Assembly: GCA_964586675.1 (NCBI GenBank)
Contig: CAZPHQ010000004.1
Coordinates: 3,031-67,030, forward strand
Reading direction: 5' to 3'
Origin: an uncultured Spirochaetia bacterium
GTDB lineage: Bacteria; Desulfobacterota_D; UBA1144; Nemesobacterales; UBA2774
DNA length: 64,000 nucleotides
How positions within the stretch are numbered: position 1 is the first letter of the stretch; each line of letters begins with the position of its first letter. The position numbers were made by a program, and so were the translations under genes. Below, piece after piece: positions 53,449 through 61,691 of the stretch. Below the pieces are notes generated by a model. That model made no database searches, was not told the DNA's origin, and saw nothing but the letters and a program-made list of their open reading frames with translations.

Positions 53449-54513
53449 ATGCCCGGTATAGTTTCAGCAGGCACCAATGACGCTCCGCATGCTTACCGGC
53501 AGACGGAGCTCAAGAGAATTGCGCGCGATCTCTTCTCAAAAAAGGGCCGCGACTTCAGAAGGCTCCTCGACGTCTTCGACAACTCGCTCATAGATTCGCG
53601 CCACTTCATTAATTCGCTCGGGTGGTTCGAGGCTCCTAAGAGCTTCAAGGAGAGGTCTATATCCTATGCCGAGAACGCAGCGTCGCTCTCGCTCCCGGCT
53701 ATAAAGTCCTGTATGGAAAGCGCCGGCGCCGATTACGGAGACTTCGATCATATTATCTTCGTGACGAGCACGGGCATCTCGGCGCCGTCGGCCGACGCTC
53801 TAATACTGAACGAGCTCGGGCTCGACAGGCACGTCAGGCGCACACCTATCTGGGGGCTCGGATGCGCGGGCGGCGCGGCCGGCATGAGCAGGGCCTACGA
53901 ATACGCAAGGGCGTTCCCCGAAAGCGCAGTCCTCCTCGTGGCCGTGGAGATGTGCAGCCTCGCCTTTCACGACGACGATTATTCGAAGAGTAACGTCGTG
54001 TCGCTCGCCCTCTTTTCAGATGGCGCAGCCGCCGTGCTCGTCGCCGGGGATAAGCACAGGCTCTTCGGGAAGTCGAAGGCGCGGATGACTCGGACCCTCT
54101 CGACGACCTGGCCCGATACGCTCGACGTGATGGGCTGGGAGATTGTGGACGACGGGCTCCGCGCGATATTCAGCAAGGACATACCGTCCATCGTCAAAAG
54201 CCGGATCAGGGAGAATATAGACGAGCTCCTGGGTCCGGAAAGACTCGACGCTGCCGACCTCCGGCACTTCGCCGTTCATCCCGGCGGCCCCAAGGTGCTG
54301 AGTGAATTCGAGGCGGCGATCGGGCTCGGAGAGGGAGCGTTCGAATATTCGAGGAAGGTGCTCCGCGAGCACGGAAACATGTCGTCCCCGACAGTCCTCT
54401 ACGTCCTCAAGGAGATACTCGAAGCCGAGGATTTTAATGAAAGCGATTACGGAATAATCTCCGCCCTCGGCCCCGGGTTCAGCTCGGAGCTCGTGCTGCT
54501 CGAATCCGCATGA
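53449..54513 (+). CDS. Type III polyketide synthase (chalcone/stilbene synthase superfamily; alkylresorcinol/alkylpyrone synthase-like)
   Basis: Catalytic Cys in GLGCAGG, His in FAVHPGGPKV, Asn in GNMSSPTVLYVL. ~354 aa, typical of bacterial type III PKS. Confidence 0.85.
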   Translation: MPGIVSAGTNDAPHAYRQTELKRIARDLFSKKGRDFRRLLDVFDNSLIDSRHFINSLGWFEAPKSFKERSISYAENAASLSLPAIKSCMESAGADYGDFDHIIFVTSTGISAPSADALILNELGLDRHVRRTPIWGLGCAGGAAGMSRAYEYARAFPESAVLLVAVEMCSLAFHDDDYSKSNVVSLALFSDGAAAVLVAGDKHRLFGKSKARMTRTLSTTWPDTLDVMGWEIVDDGLRAIFSKDIPSIVKSRIRENIDELLGPERLDAADLRHFAVHPGGPKVLSEFEAAIGLGEGAFEYSRKVLREHGNMSSPTVLYVLKEILEAEDFNESDYGIISALGPGFSSELVLLESA

Positions 54514-55025
54514 AGATATTCCTCATATTTCTGACACTGATAATCCTCCAGCGTTTGAGCGAGCTTCTGCTCGCAAAGAGGAACGAGAAGACCGTAAGGA
54601 GCGAGGGCGCTGTCGAGTACGACGCACCGGGTTACAAGGTTATAGTCCTTATGCATACCGCCTTTCTCGTATCCTTCGCGGCTGAATACTTTCTCCTCGG
54701 AAGGTCGCTCTCGCCCTACCGGCTTCCGCTCGTATGCGTCTTCGTGCTGGCGCAGCTGCTGAGATACTGGGCGATAAGGAGCCTCGGGAAATTCTGGAAT
54801 ACGAGGATACTGATCGTGCCCGGAGAGCGGCTCGTGACGACGGGTCCATACAAATACCTCAGGCATCCGAATTACGTTTCCGTCGTCATAGAAATCGCCG
54901 TCATTCCGCTCATCTTCTCGTGCTACATTACTGCGGCCGTTTTCACGGCGCTCAACATTCTCGCCCTTCGGAGAAGGATACGTATAGAGGAGAGCGCCCT
55001 TTCGAGCCTCCAGAGCACCCGATAA
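54510..55025 (+). CDS. Isoprenylcysteine carboxyl methyltransferase (ICMT)-family membrane methyltransferase, translationally coupled to the PKS
   Basis: LVTTGPYKYLRHPNYVSVVIE is the ICMT/PEMT SAM-binding signature; 4-5 TM helices; ATGA overlap with the PKS stop. Confidence 0.8.
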   Translation: MKIFLIFLTLIILQRLSELLLAKRNEKTVRSEGAVEYDAPGYKVIVLMHTAFLVSFAAEYFLLGRSLSPYRLPLVCVFVLAQLLRYWAIRSLGKFWNTRILIVPGERLVTTGPYKYLRHPNYVSVVIEIAVIPLIFSCYITAAVFTALNILALRRRIRIEESALSSLQSTR

Positions 55026-55555
55026 AACGTTCTTGGGCAATGTCGTGTCGAGACGCGGCCCGAGCCCCGAAACATTCACATTATCTATAAAAAATACCGC
55101 TCATATACGCGCCGTAAAAGATAAAAGGTATATATGTTATTGCTCCGATATAGGGGTGATTCAGAATGTAATTATAGTCCGGATATATGTTCTATGCTTT
55201 TCCGGCCGCTTTCCGGGCGATTTTTCCTTTAAGTTTTCGCGAAAACCTATACTTTACATTAGGTGGCACTTATTCTTTGATTACAGAGGGTTATTAAAAG
55301 GACCTCTTTTCCGTCTTTAAAGCCAAAACGGAAAAATATCCAGACATAAAGAATCGAAAAAACAGTTAATTACAATGTTTAAGTAATTTAATTGCATAAC
55401 GACAGTATATTACAGTGCATTTATAATGTATTTTATGACAGGATGCCAACCCCTAAAGCCTTTTATCAACTACTTTAAAGCCCGGGTTAAGGGTCTTCAA
55501 CCGTCAGTGCGCCCCTCGTCCGACGAAGCCCGGCAGGCGAGCCAAGGAAGATACA

Positions 55556-55575
55556 ATATATATATAATATATATA
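55556..55575. repeat. (AT)n-like low-complexity microsatellite inside an 800-bp AT-rich non-coding gap
   Basis: atatatatataatatatata read directly from the sequence. Confidence 0.5.
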
Positions 55576-55833
55576 AACCGGCCAATACATATATTTGTGC
55601 CCCCGGGTTTTTGGAAATATCAGGCCTTTGGATTGCCGGACCGCCGCCGGCTATCAACTCGTCGGGTATCGGCGCACAGGTCGCACTGCCTGTGAGCTTG
55701 GGACAGATGCCGGAATAAAGTCGCGCCCGGGCTCCGCGGACTCCGGTCCGTAAATTACCCCCGGAGCCGCACTTGAATACAAACTCGAAAATAATATAGA
55801 CTCTATCCTAGAACGGCTTTCGGGGAGGAACCT

Positions 55834-56277
55834 ATGCTGAGATATATATTTCAGACAAATGACGATGCGGCCGCGCTTATCGCAAGGCTCGCGCTCGGTA
55901 TTGTAATACTTCCTCACGGGCTTCAAAAGCTGCTCGGGATGTTCGGAGGGGCGGGCTTTACAGGAACCGTCGACTATTTCGTCAGCAGCGGAATACCTGC
56001 ATTCCTGGCTGTTCTGATAATCCTGGGCGAATCCTTCGGCGCGCTCGGGCTCATAATCGGTTTTCTAAGCCGTGTCGCCGCCCTCGGTATAAGCATCATA
56101 ATGCTGGGCGCGATAGTTACAGTGCATGTCAAGTTCGGCTTTTTTATGAACTGGGCGGGTACGCAGGCCGGAGAGGGTTTCGAGTTCCACATTTTAGCCA
56201 TAGGTCTCGCACTCGTCGTCCTCATCAAGGGCGGAGGACTATGGTCCGTAGACAGGGCCATAACAAAGTCGGCCTAG
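55834..56277 (+). CDS. DoxX-family membrane protein
   Basis: LARLALGIVILPHGLQKL and following TM helices are typical of DoxX. Confidence 0.8.
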   Translation: MLRYIFQTNDDAAALIARLALGIVILPHGLQKLLGMFGGAGFTGTVDYFVSSGIPAFLAVLIILGESFGALGLIIGFLSRVAALGISIIMLGAIVTVHVKFGFFMNWAGTQAGEGFEFHILAIGLALVVLIKGGGLWSVDRAITKSA

Positions 56278-56432
56278 CATGCAGCCATATAATTTTTCAG
56301 CGTAGACAAATTACTTCCGGTGGGCTGCACAAAGTGCCTTTAATCTTGATATTTAAGCTCAGTCGCATGTAGCAGCATATGCACCTAGTTCCCCGGGCTC
56401 ACTTGATAATTTGCTTTCCATCAGGCTTTAAT

Positions 56433-56448
56433 TTAGAATAATTTCTAA
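56433..56448. promoter_or_regulatory. Inverted repeat TTAGAA-TAAT-TTCTAA ~35 bp upstream of arsR-like gene 2, candidate operator
   Basis: Arms are exact reverse complements. AT-rich region, so chance occurrence is possible. Confidence 0.3.
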
Positions 56449-56483
56449 TTTACCTAATCCAGAATTACCAGGGGGATGTATAT

Positions 56484-56744
56484 ATGGGATGCAGCTTTAA
56501 AGCACTTAGTGACGAGCGCAGGCGCATGATCCTCTCCATACTCGGCGAGAACGATGCTTGCGCCGGCGATATAGCGCGCAAGTTTTCTATATCACAGCCT
56601 ACAGTTTCGAATCATTTGAAGATACTCAAGGAAGCAGGACTCATCACAGAGCAGAAGATCAGACAGAACAGGATTTATTCCCTTCACAAGCCCGGTATTC
56701 AAAATGTGATAGAGACCCTCAAAAGCATAGTCAAAGAATCTTAG
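56484..56744 (+). CDS. ArsR/SmtB-family transcriptional regulator (paralogue 2, ~60% identical to the one at 52978)
   Basis: DERRRMILSIL...GDIARKFSISQPTVSNHLKILKEAGLI; both paralogues start MGC..KA. Confidence 0.8.
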   Translation: MGCSFKALSDERRRMILSILGENDACAGDIARKFSISQPTVSNHLKILKEAGLITEQKIRQNRIYSLHKPGIQNVIETLKSIVKES

Positions 56745-56961
56745 AAACCTGTAAAGACTGCCTGAGGGCGTGAAGTAACCGAACGAATAGACGGCGAAAC
56801 TGCGTCAGCAGTTCATGCCGCTGTAGAGCTTTGTCCCCTGCTCGATCCTGCCGCACACACCGGAGATGACTTCGACGCCCCTGGCATGGACGGCGCTCTG
56901 TTTCTAAAGTCGCGCCTCTTGGGTTATACTGAATACTGCCTACAACCGCCGGGACAGAACC

Positions 56962-58131
56962 ATGATAGACAAAAACAGAATGACAGAACACGCGATGGAT
57001 CTCATCAGGATAGACAGCCTTTCCCGAATGGAAAAGGAGGTCGCGCTCAAGCTCGAAAGCGAGATGAAAGACCTCGGCGCCGAATGTTTTTACGACGAGG
57101 CATGGGAAAAGGTCGGCGGCAACGTCGGGAACCTTATCGTCAGAATGGAAGGTAGCGAGCCCGGCGCCCCTCCCCTCCTCCTCTCGGCGCACATGGACAC
57201 CGTCGGCCCGGGCGAAGGAATCAAGCCGCGGGTCGAGAACGGCATAATGAAGAGCGACGGCACCACCATCCTCGGAAGCGACGACAAGAGCGGCCTTGCC
57301 GTCATCGTAGAAGTCTTGCGGACGCTCAGGGAAAAGAACATCCGGCACGGCGACATAGAAGTCGCGTTCACGATTTGCGAAGAGGTCGGGCTCCTCGGGG
57401 CCAAGCACATAGACATCAAAAAATTCAGGGCGAAGCACGGAATAGTCCTCGACAGCAGCACACCGTCGAGGCTCGTGCTCAGGTGCCCTTCGGCCGCGAA
57501 AATGGAATTCACAGTGCACGGCCTCGAAGCCCACGCGGGCCTCTGCCCGGAGAACGGGATAAGCGCCGTGGAGATCGCGAGCCGCGCCATCGCCCAGATG
57601 AAGCTCGGAAGGATAGACGAGATCACGACGGCGAACATCGGCATAATCGAGGGCGGCCGGGCCACGAACATTGTTCCGAACCTGGTCCGCGTCGTCGGCG
57701 AGGCAAGAAGCCACAGCGAGGAGAAGCTCGATGCGCAGGTCGGCCACATGAGAGGCTGTTTTCACGACACGGTCTCCAAGTACGAGGTCACCCTTCACGA
57801 CGATCTTTCGATCGAAGGCGTCACGTATACGGCACGGCTCGACGAGAAAATAGAAAGAACCTACGACAGGATGGACGTCCCGCTCACATCGACCCCGGCC
57901 AGGCTCGTGACCGACGCGGTGAAGAACCTCGGCTATTCGATAAGCCCGCACACGAGCGGCGGCGGATGCGACGCGAACTATTTCAACAGGATGGGCGTCG
58001 AGTGCGTAAACCTCGGCACCGGTATGTACGAGCTCCACACGGTAAACGAATACCTGGTGCTCGAAGAGTTCTACAGGGCCGCCGAAATAGTGCTCGAAGC
58101 CGTGAGGCTCAACGCCGTGAACGGCGGCTGA
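56962..58131 (+). CDS. M20-family metallopeptidase (peptidase T / tripeptidase-like)
   Basis: LSAHMDTV (His/Asp metal ligands), GSDDKSG, and the TICEEVGLLGA Glu-Glu catalytic region. Confidence 0.75.
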   Translation: MIDKNRMTEHAMDLIRIDSLSRMEKEVALKLESEMKDLGAECFYDEAWEKVGGNVGNLIVRMEGSEPGAPPLLLSAHMDTVGPGEGIKPRVENGIMKSDGTTILGSDDKSGLAVIVEVLRTLREKNIRHGDIEVAFTICEEVGLLGAKHIDIKKFRAKHGIVLDSSTPSRLVLRCPSAAKMEFTVHGLEAHAGLCPENGISAVEIASRAIAQMKLGRIDEITTANIGIIEGGRATNIVPNLVRVVGEARSHSEEKLDAQVGHMRGCFHDTVSKYEVTLHDDLSIEGVTYTARLDEKIERTYDRMDVPLTSTPARLVTDAVKNLGYSISPHTSGGGCDANYFNRMGVECVNLGTGMYELHTVNEYLVLEEFYRAAEIVLEAVRLNAVNGG

Positions 58132-58172
58132 CTTCAGCGACATAAACTCCGTCCGGGCATCTCTAAGAAAAA

Positions 58173-58541
58173 ATGAACAGGAAAGCGCTCATAATAGTCG
58201 ATCACGGGAGCACCGTCGAAGAAGCCAACGACATGCTCGCCGATGTGGCCCGCCTGGTGGAGTCCGCGGAAAGCGGATTCGACATCGTCAAATACTGCCA
58301 CATGGAGCTGGCCGAGCCGACTATAGGGCAGGCCTTCGACGCATGCGTCGGCGAAGGCGCCGGGAGCGTCGTAGTTCATCCCTACTTTCTCTCCCCCGGA
58401 AGGCACTCAACGAGAGATATACCGGCTATGGTCGAGGAGGCGGCTCGGAAGCATCCGGGCGTTGTTTACAAGGTCACCGAGCCTCTCGGGATTCATAGTA
58501 AAATAATAGAGGTCATCCTCGAAAGGGCCGGAGAGGATTGA
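58173..58541 (+). CDS. cbiX: CbiX(S)/SirB-type sirohydrochlorin chelatase, small form
   Basis: ALIIVDHGSTVEEAN and HPYFLSPGRHSTRDIP are class II chelatase motifs. ~122 aa single-domain form. Confidence 0.7.
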   Translation: MNRKALIIVDHGSTVEEANDMLADVARLVESAESGFDIVKYCHMELAEPTIGQAFDACVGEGAGSVVVHPYFLSPGRHSTRDIPAMVEEAARKHPGVVYKVTEPLGIHSKIIEVILERAGED

Positions 58542-58581
58542 GGCCCTGTCCCATTTCAGATACGACGCTAAAGGTGATTTC

Positions 58582-59337
58582 GTGAAAAAGTACGGCGTTC
58601 TTTTCTTCGACCTTTTCGATACGGTGATAAACTTCAACTTCACGAATCTGCCCCTGGTCGAGCTCGGCCACGTCAGGGCGAGAAGCACAAGCAAGGAGGT
58701 GTACGATGTATTCCGGAAAATCCACCCAGAGGTGCCCTTCGAAGATTTCTACACTCACTTCATAGAAAGCTACAGGGAGTTCCAGGATTTAAAGCTTGTC
58801 GAGCACAAAGAATACCCCAACCGCGACAGGTTCCTTATGATGCTCTCGCGGATGAATTTACCCCGGGACGGGGACGCGCTGGAGCTTTCGGACGAGATGG
58901 TCAAGGCACACATGAACGAGCTGGCCTCAGCCGTCCTGTTTCCGACCGAAAACGAATCGGCGCTCCAGGCGCTGAAGGACGCCGAATACAGAATGGCGAT
59001 AGTATCAAACTTCGACTATTCGCCGACTGCGTACTCGCTCATAGAAAAATACGGGCTCATGAGGTTTTTCGAGAAGGTGATAATTTCCGAAGAGGTTGGC
59101 TGGAGAAAACCGAGCCCGGTCATATTCGAGGACGCTCTCAGAACGATGGGGGCGGAGCCCGGGGAGTCGCTATTCACGGGCGATAATTTCGGCGCGGACG
59201 TCGTCGGCTCGAAGAATGCCGGCATGGATTCCGTTTGGCTCAACCGCCGTAACGAGAGCGAGGAAGGGCTCGACCCAGAGCCGGATTATATAATTCCCAC
59301 CCTGCCTGGGATGCTCGAGATACTTCGAATAGACTGA
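58582..59337 (+). CDS. HAD-superfamily hydrolase (subfamily IA)
   Basis: Motif I FDLFDTV (DxDxT/V), motif II SN, motif III/IV K....GDNFGADVVGSKNAGMDSVW. Confidence 0.75.
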   Translation: MKKYGVLFFDLFDTVINFNFTNLPLVELGHVRARSTSKEVYDVFRKIHPEVPFEDFYTHFIESYREFQDLKLVEHKEYPNRDRFLMMLSRMNLPRDGDALELSDEMVKAHMNELASAVLFPTENESALQALKDAEYRMAIVSNFDYSPTAYSLIEKYGLMRFFEKVIISEEVGWRKPSPVIFEDALRTMGAEPGESLFTGDNFGADVVGSKNAGMDSVWLNRRNESEEGLDPEPDYIIPTLPGMLEILRID

Positions 59338-59382
59338 CCCCTCCGGATCACCACACATAGCAGCCGGATTCACGCACGCGTG

Positions 59383-59404
59383 ACGCACACATCGTGTGCT
59401 TTTC
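59383..59404 (+). terminator. Rho-independent terminator candidate after the HAD gene: GCACAC-atc-GTGTGC followed by TTTTCG
   Basis: Perfect 6-bp stem plus a T4 run, 46 bp after the stop. A second similar hairpin plus TTTT lies at 59496-59516. Confidence 0.4.
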
Positions 59405-59607
59405 GACGCAGCAGCAGACGCTATCTATCGCACCTCTCGCACAAAAACGATTACAGCATCGTCCACGCTACGCCGGTCGCCAGCAGGCGCTGCCCGGACA
59501 CGTAGTGTCGTTTTCGACGAAGCACCTTCGGAGGCCCATGTACCTGAAGCGCGTCAGGTGATAATGGTTACACGTCGCTACTTCGATTTCCCGCATGCGT
59601 TGCGTGC

Positions 59608-61053
59608 CTATTCGACCTTGAGGTCCAAGTCGTACTTGTTTGCGGACCTCTTGTCGGGCGAGCCGTATGGCTCGACGAGTATGTACACCATTTCCTGGTC
59701 TGCCGGCGCGGTCCAGTTGAGCCTGACTATGGCCCCGTCGTTGGCCGACGCCTTCGCTTCCGTCCTGACCCTGTCCTGGTCGTATACCGTGACCCTGAAC
59801 CCCGCATCCGTCTCCGGAGTTATCTTTATGCTGAGCTTCTGCTCGGTCGTCATCGGAAGGGTGTAGTAGTCCTTATCGTCGCTGCCCCAGGGGCCCGAGA
59901 GGTAGCCCGTCTGCTTCCCCGCCTCTATCGGCAGAGTGTCGTCGAATGTGGCGCCTGCGTCTTTTCCGCTGCCGATGTCGAAGTTGTCGGTGACGGATAC
60001 GGAGTAGGCGGTTCCCTCGGCGTTGGCGTCGTAAGTGTTCCCGACGCTGAAGTAGTAGGTATATTCGTCTTTACCTGCGGCGGTCAGCCAGCTTATGGTC
60101 TTCGAGGCACCTGGCGCGCCGATTATTATGTCGGAGACGATCTGGTTGCCGGTCTCGTCGTATATCGCTGCGCCGGCGTAAGGATTGCCAGTGTCCGGCG
60201 TTCTGAACGAAACGCCGAGCGTCTGACCCGGCTTTATCTTTACGGCGTAGTATTCCTTTCCGTTCTTATCGACGGCGTGGCCGGTGAAGTAGTCGCCGAG
60301 CTCGAGCGCGACAGCAGTCTCAGGCCTGTCGCCGCCAGTGGGAAGAATGTTCTTCTTCGGCTCGGGGGCCTTCTTTACCACAACCTCCTGCTCCACCTCC
60401 GCCAGCGCCTCTTCGAGCTGGGCCGCGCTGTCGGCCGCGAAATACTTCCCTCCGCCCGCCTCGGCTATACAGCTAAGCTGCTCTTTTTCCTTGGCGCCGA
60501 CATCGAACCCGACGACGTGCACCTTCACTTTTATTCCCTTCTCTTTCAGACTCTTCACGAGCGCGCACGGGTCGCCCTCGCAGGTTTCCTCGCCGTCGCT
60601 GACGAGTATGACAGTAGTCTCGTCTTCCATGGCCCCGAGCTTTTCGCCGGCTACTTCGAACGATTTGGTTATGGGAGTTTTACCCATGGGCTTTATCGAA
60701 TTGATTTTCGATATGAGAGCTTCCTTGTCGGTCGGTCCCACTTCGGCCAGCGTCTCAATGTCGGCGCAGTCGCCCTTGCTCCTGTGCCCGTAAACCTGGA
60801 GCCCGACGTTCACATTATCCGGGAGACTCTTTATGGCGTTTATCATGACTTCCTTGGCGACGTCCATCTTGGGCTTTCCGTCGATCTGGGCCGCCATGCT
60901 GCCCGAGCCGTCGAGTATGAAAAGAACGCCTCCGGCCTCCGGAGCGTCTTCGGACTGAGCGCGGGCTTCGACGTGCGAAACCGGGCTCAGTAAAAAAGCC
61001 GTGATAAAGAGCCACGCGGCGAAACTTGTATATGCCTTTTTGCTTCTACTCAT
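59608..61053 (-). CDS. Secreted von Willebrand factor A-domain protein with two C-terminal beta-sandwich (PPC-like) repeats
   Basis: Signal peptide (AWLFITAFLLSPVSHVEA); VWA MIDAS motif DGSGSM and the downstream T/D ligands; two YY..K..PG/ T.YD repeats. Start placed at the ATG at 61053, which has a GGAGG RBS. Confidence 0.7.
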   Translation of the reverse strand: MSRSKKAYTSFAAWLFITAFLLSPVSHVEARAQSEDAPEAGGVLFILDGSGSMAAQIDGKPKMDVAKEVMINAIKSLPDNVNVGLQVYGHRSKGDCADIETLAEVGPTDKEALISKINSIKPMGKTPITKSFEVAGEKLGAMEDETTVILVSDGEETCEGDPCALVKSLKEKGIKVKVHVVGFDVGAKEKEQLSCIAEAGGGKYFAADSAAQLEEALAEVEQEVVVKKAPEPKKNILPTGGDRPETAVALELGDYFTGHAVDKNGKEYYAVKIKPGQTLGVSFRTPDTGNPYAGAAIYDETGNQIVSDIIIGAPGASKTISWLTAAGKDEYTYYFSVGNTYDANAEGTAYSVSVTDNFDIGSGKDAGATFDDTLPIEAGKQTGYLSGPWGSDDKDYYTLPMTTEQKLSIKITPETDAGFRVTVYDQDRVRTEAKASANDGAIVRLNWTAPADQEMVYILVEPYGSPDKRSANKYDLDLKVE

Positions 61054-61349
61054 TTGACCATCCTCCATTTCGGTTATTAACCGTATTCTATACACGAGGT
61101 ATAAGTATTTTTCATCTCGATGTCAAGGGATATTTTGCTATTTATCAAATGATATAAGGCTCTTGCCGCAGCTATTCAGGGTGCGGAGAGCCTACCCCCG
61201 GAAACCCCGATTTTCCCCGGGGCAGAGGCTGCCGATTTTTTCGCAATTCTTGGATTTGGCGGACGCGAATTTTATAATTCATTTCACATTCAGCGCCCCG
61301 CCCCGAAGAGATAATAAAAAGGGATTCCTGGGCAAGGAGCATACAGAGC

Positions 61350-61676
61350 ATGGCAACGGTTGCACTCCTCGTGCTTTCCAATATTTTTATGACCTTCGCA
61401 TGGTACGGGCACCTCAAATACACCAGCTACCCCCTGTGGACGGTCATCATCGTGAGCTGGCTCATAGCGCTTCCCGAATACTGTTTTCAGGTCCCAGCCA
61501 ACAGAATCGGCTACGGACAATTCTCGGGCGTAGAGCTGAAAACCATACAGGAGATAATCTCGCTGACCGTATTCTCGGTGTTCAGCGTGCTCTACCTTAA
61601 CGAGCAGTTCAGATGGAATTACCTTATAGGATTCGGATTCCTCGTCGTCGGGGCATTTTTCATATTCAAAAAATGA
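61350..61676 (+). CDS. Small DMT-superfamily-like membrane protein (DUF486-type)
   Basis: Three to four TM helices in 108 aa; FMTFAWYGHLK motif resembles half-size DMT/EamA units. Confidence 0.5.
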   Translation: MATVALLVLSNIFMTFAWYGHLKYTSYPLWTVIIVSWLIALPEYCFQVPANRIGYGQFSGVELKTIQEIISLTVFSVFSVLYLNEQFRWNYLIGFGFLVVGAFFIFKK

Positions 61677-61691
61677 AGCTATTCTGACGTT

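Noticed and set aside
55033-55695. ORFs 55033..55320 and 55426..55695 in the AT-rich gap
   Set aside because: The translations are compositionally random (frequent Y/F/I/R, no motifs) and there is no RBS. I treated them as non-coding and reported the region as a finding instead.
56731-58143. 470-aa minus-strand ORF
   Set aside because: It is entirely antisense to the M20 peptidase gene, which has clear catalytic motifs. Its composition is Arg/Ala/Val-rich, as expected of GC-driven shadow ORFs.
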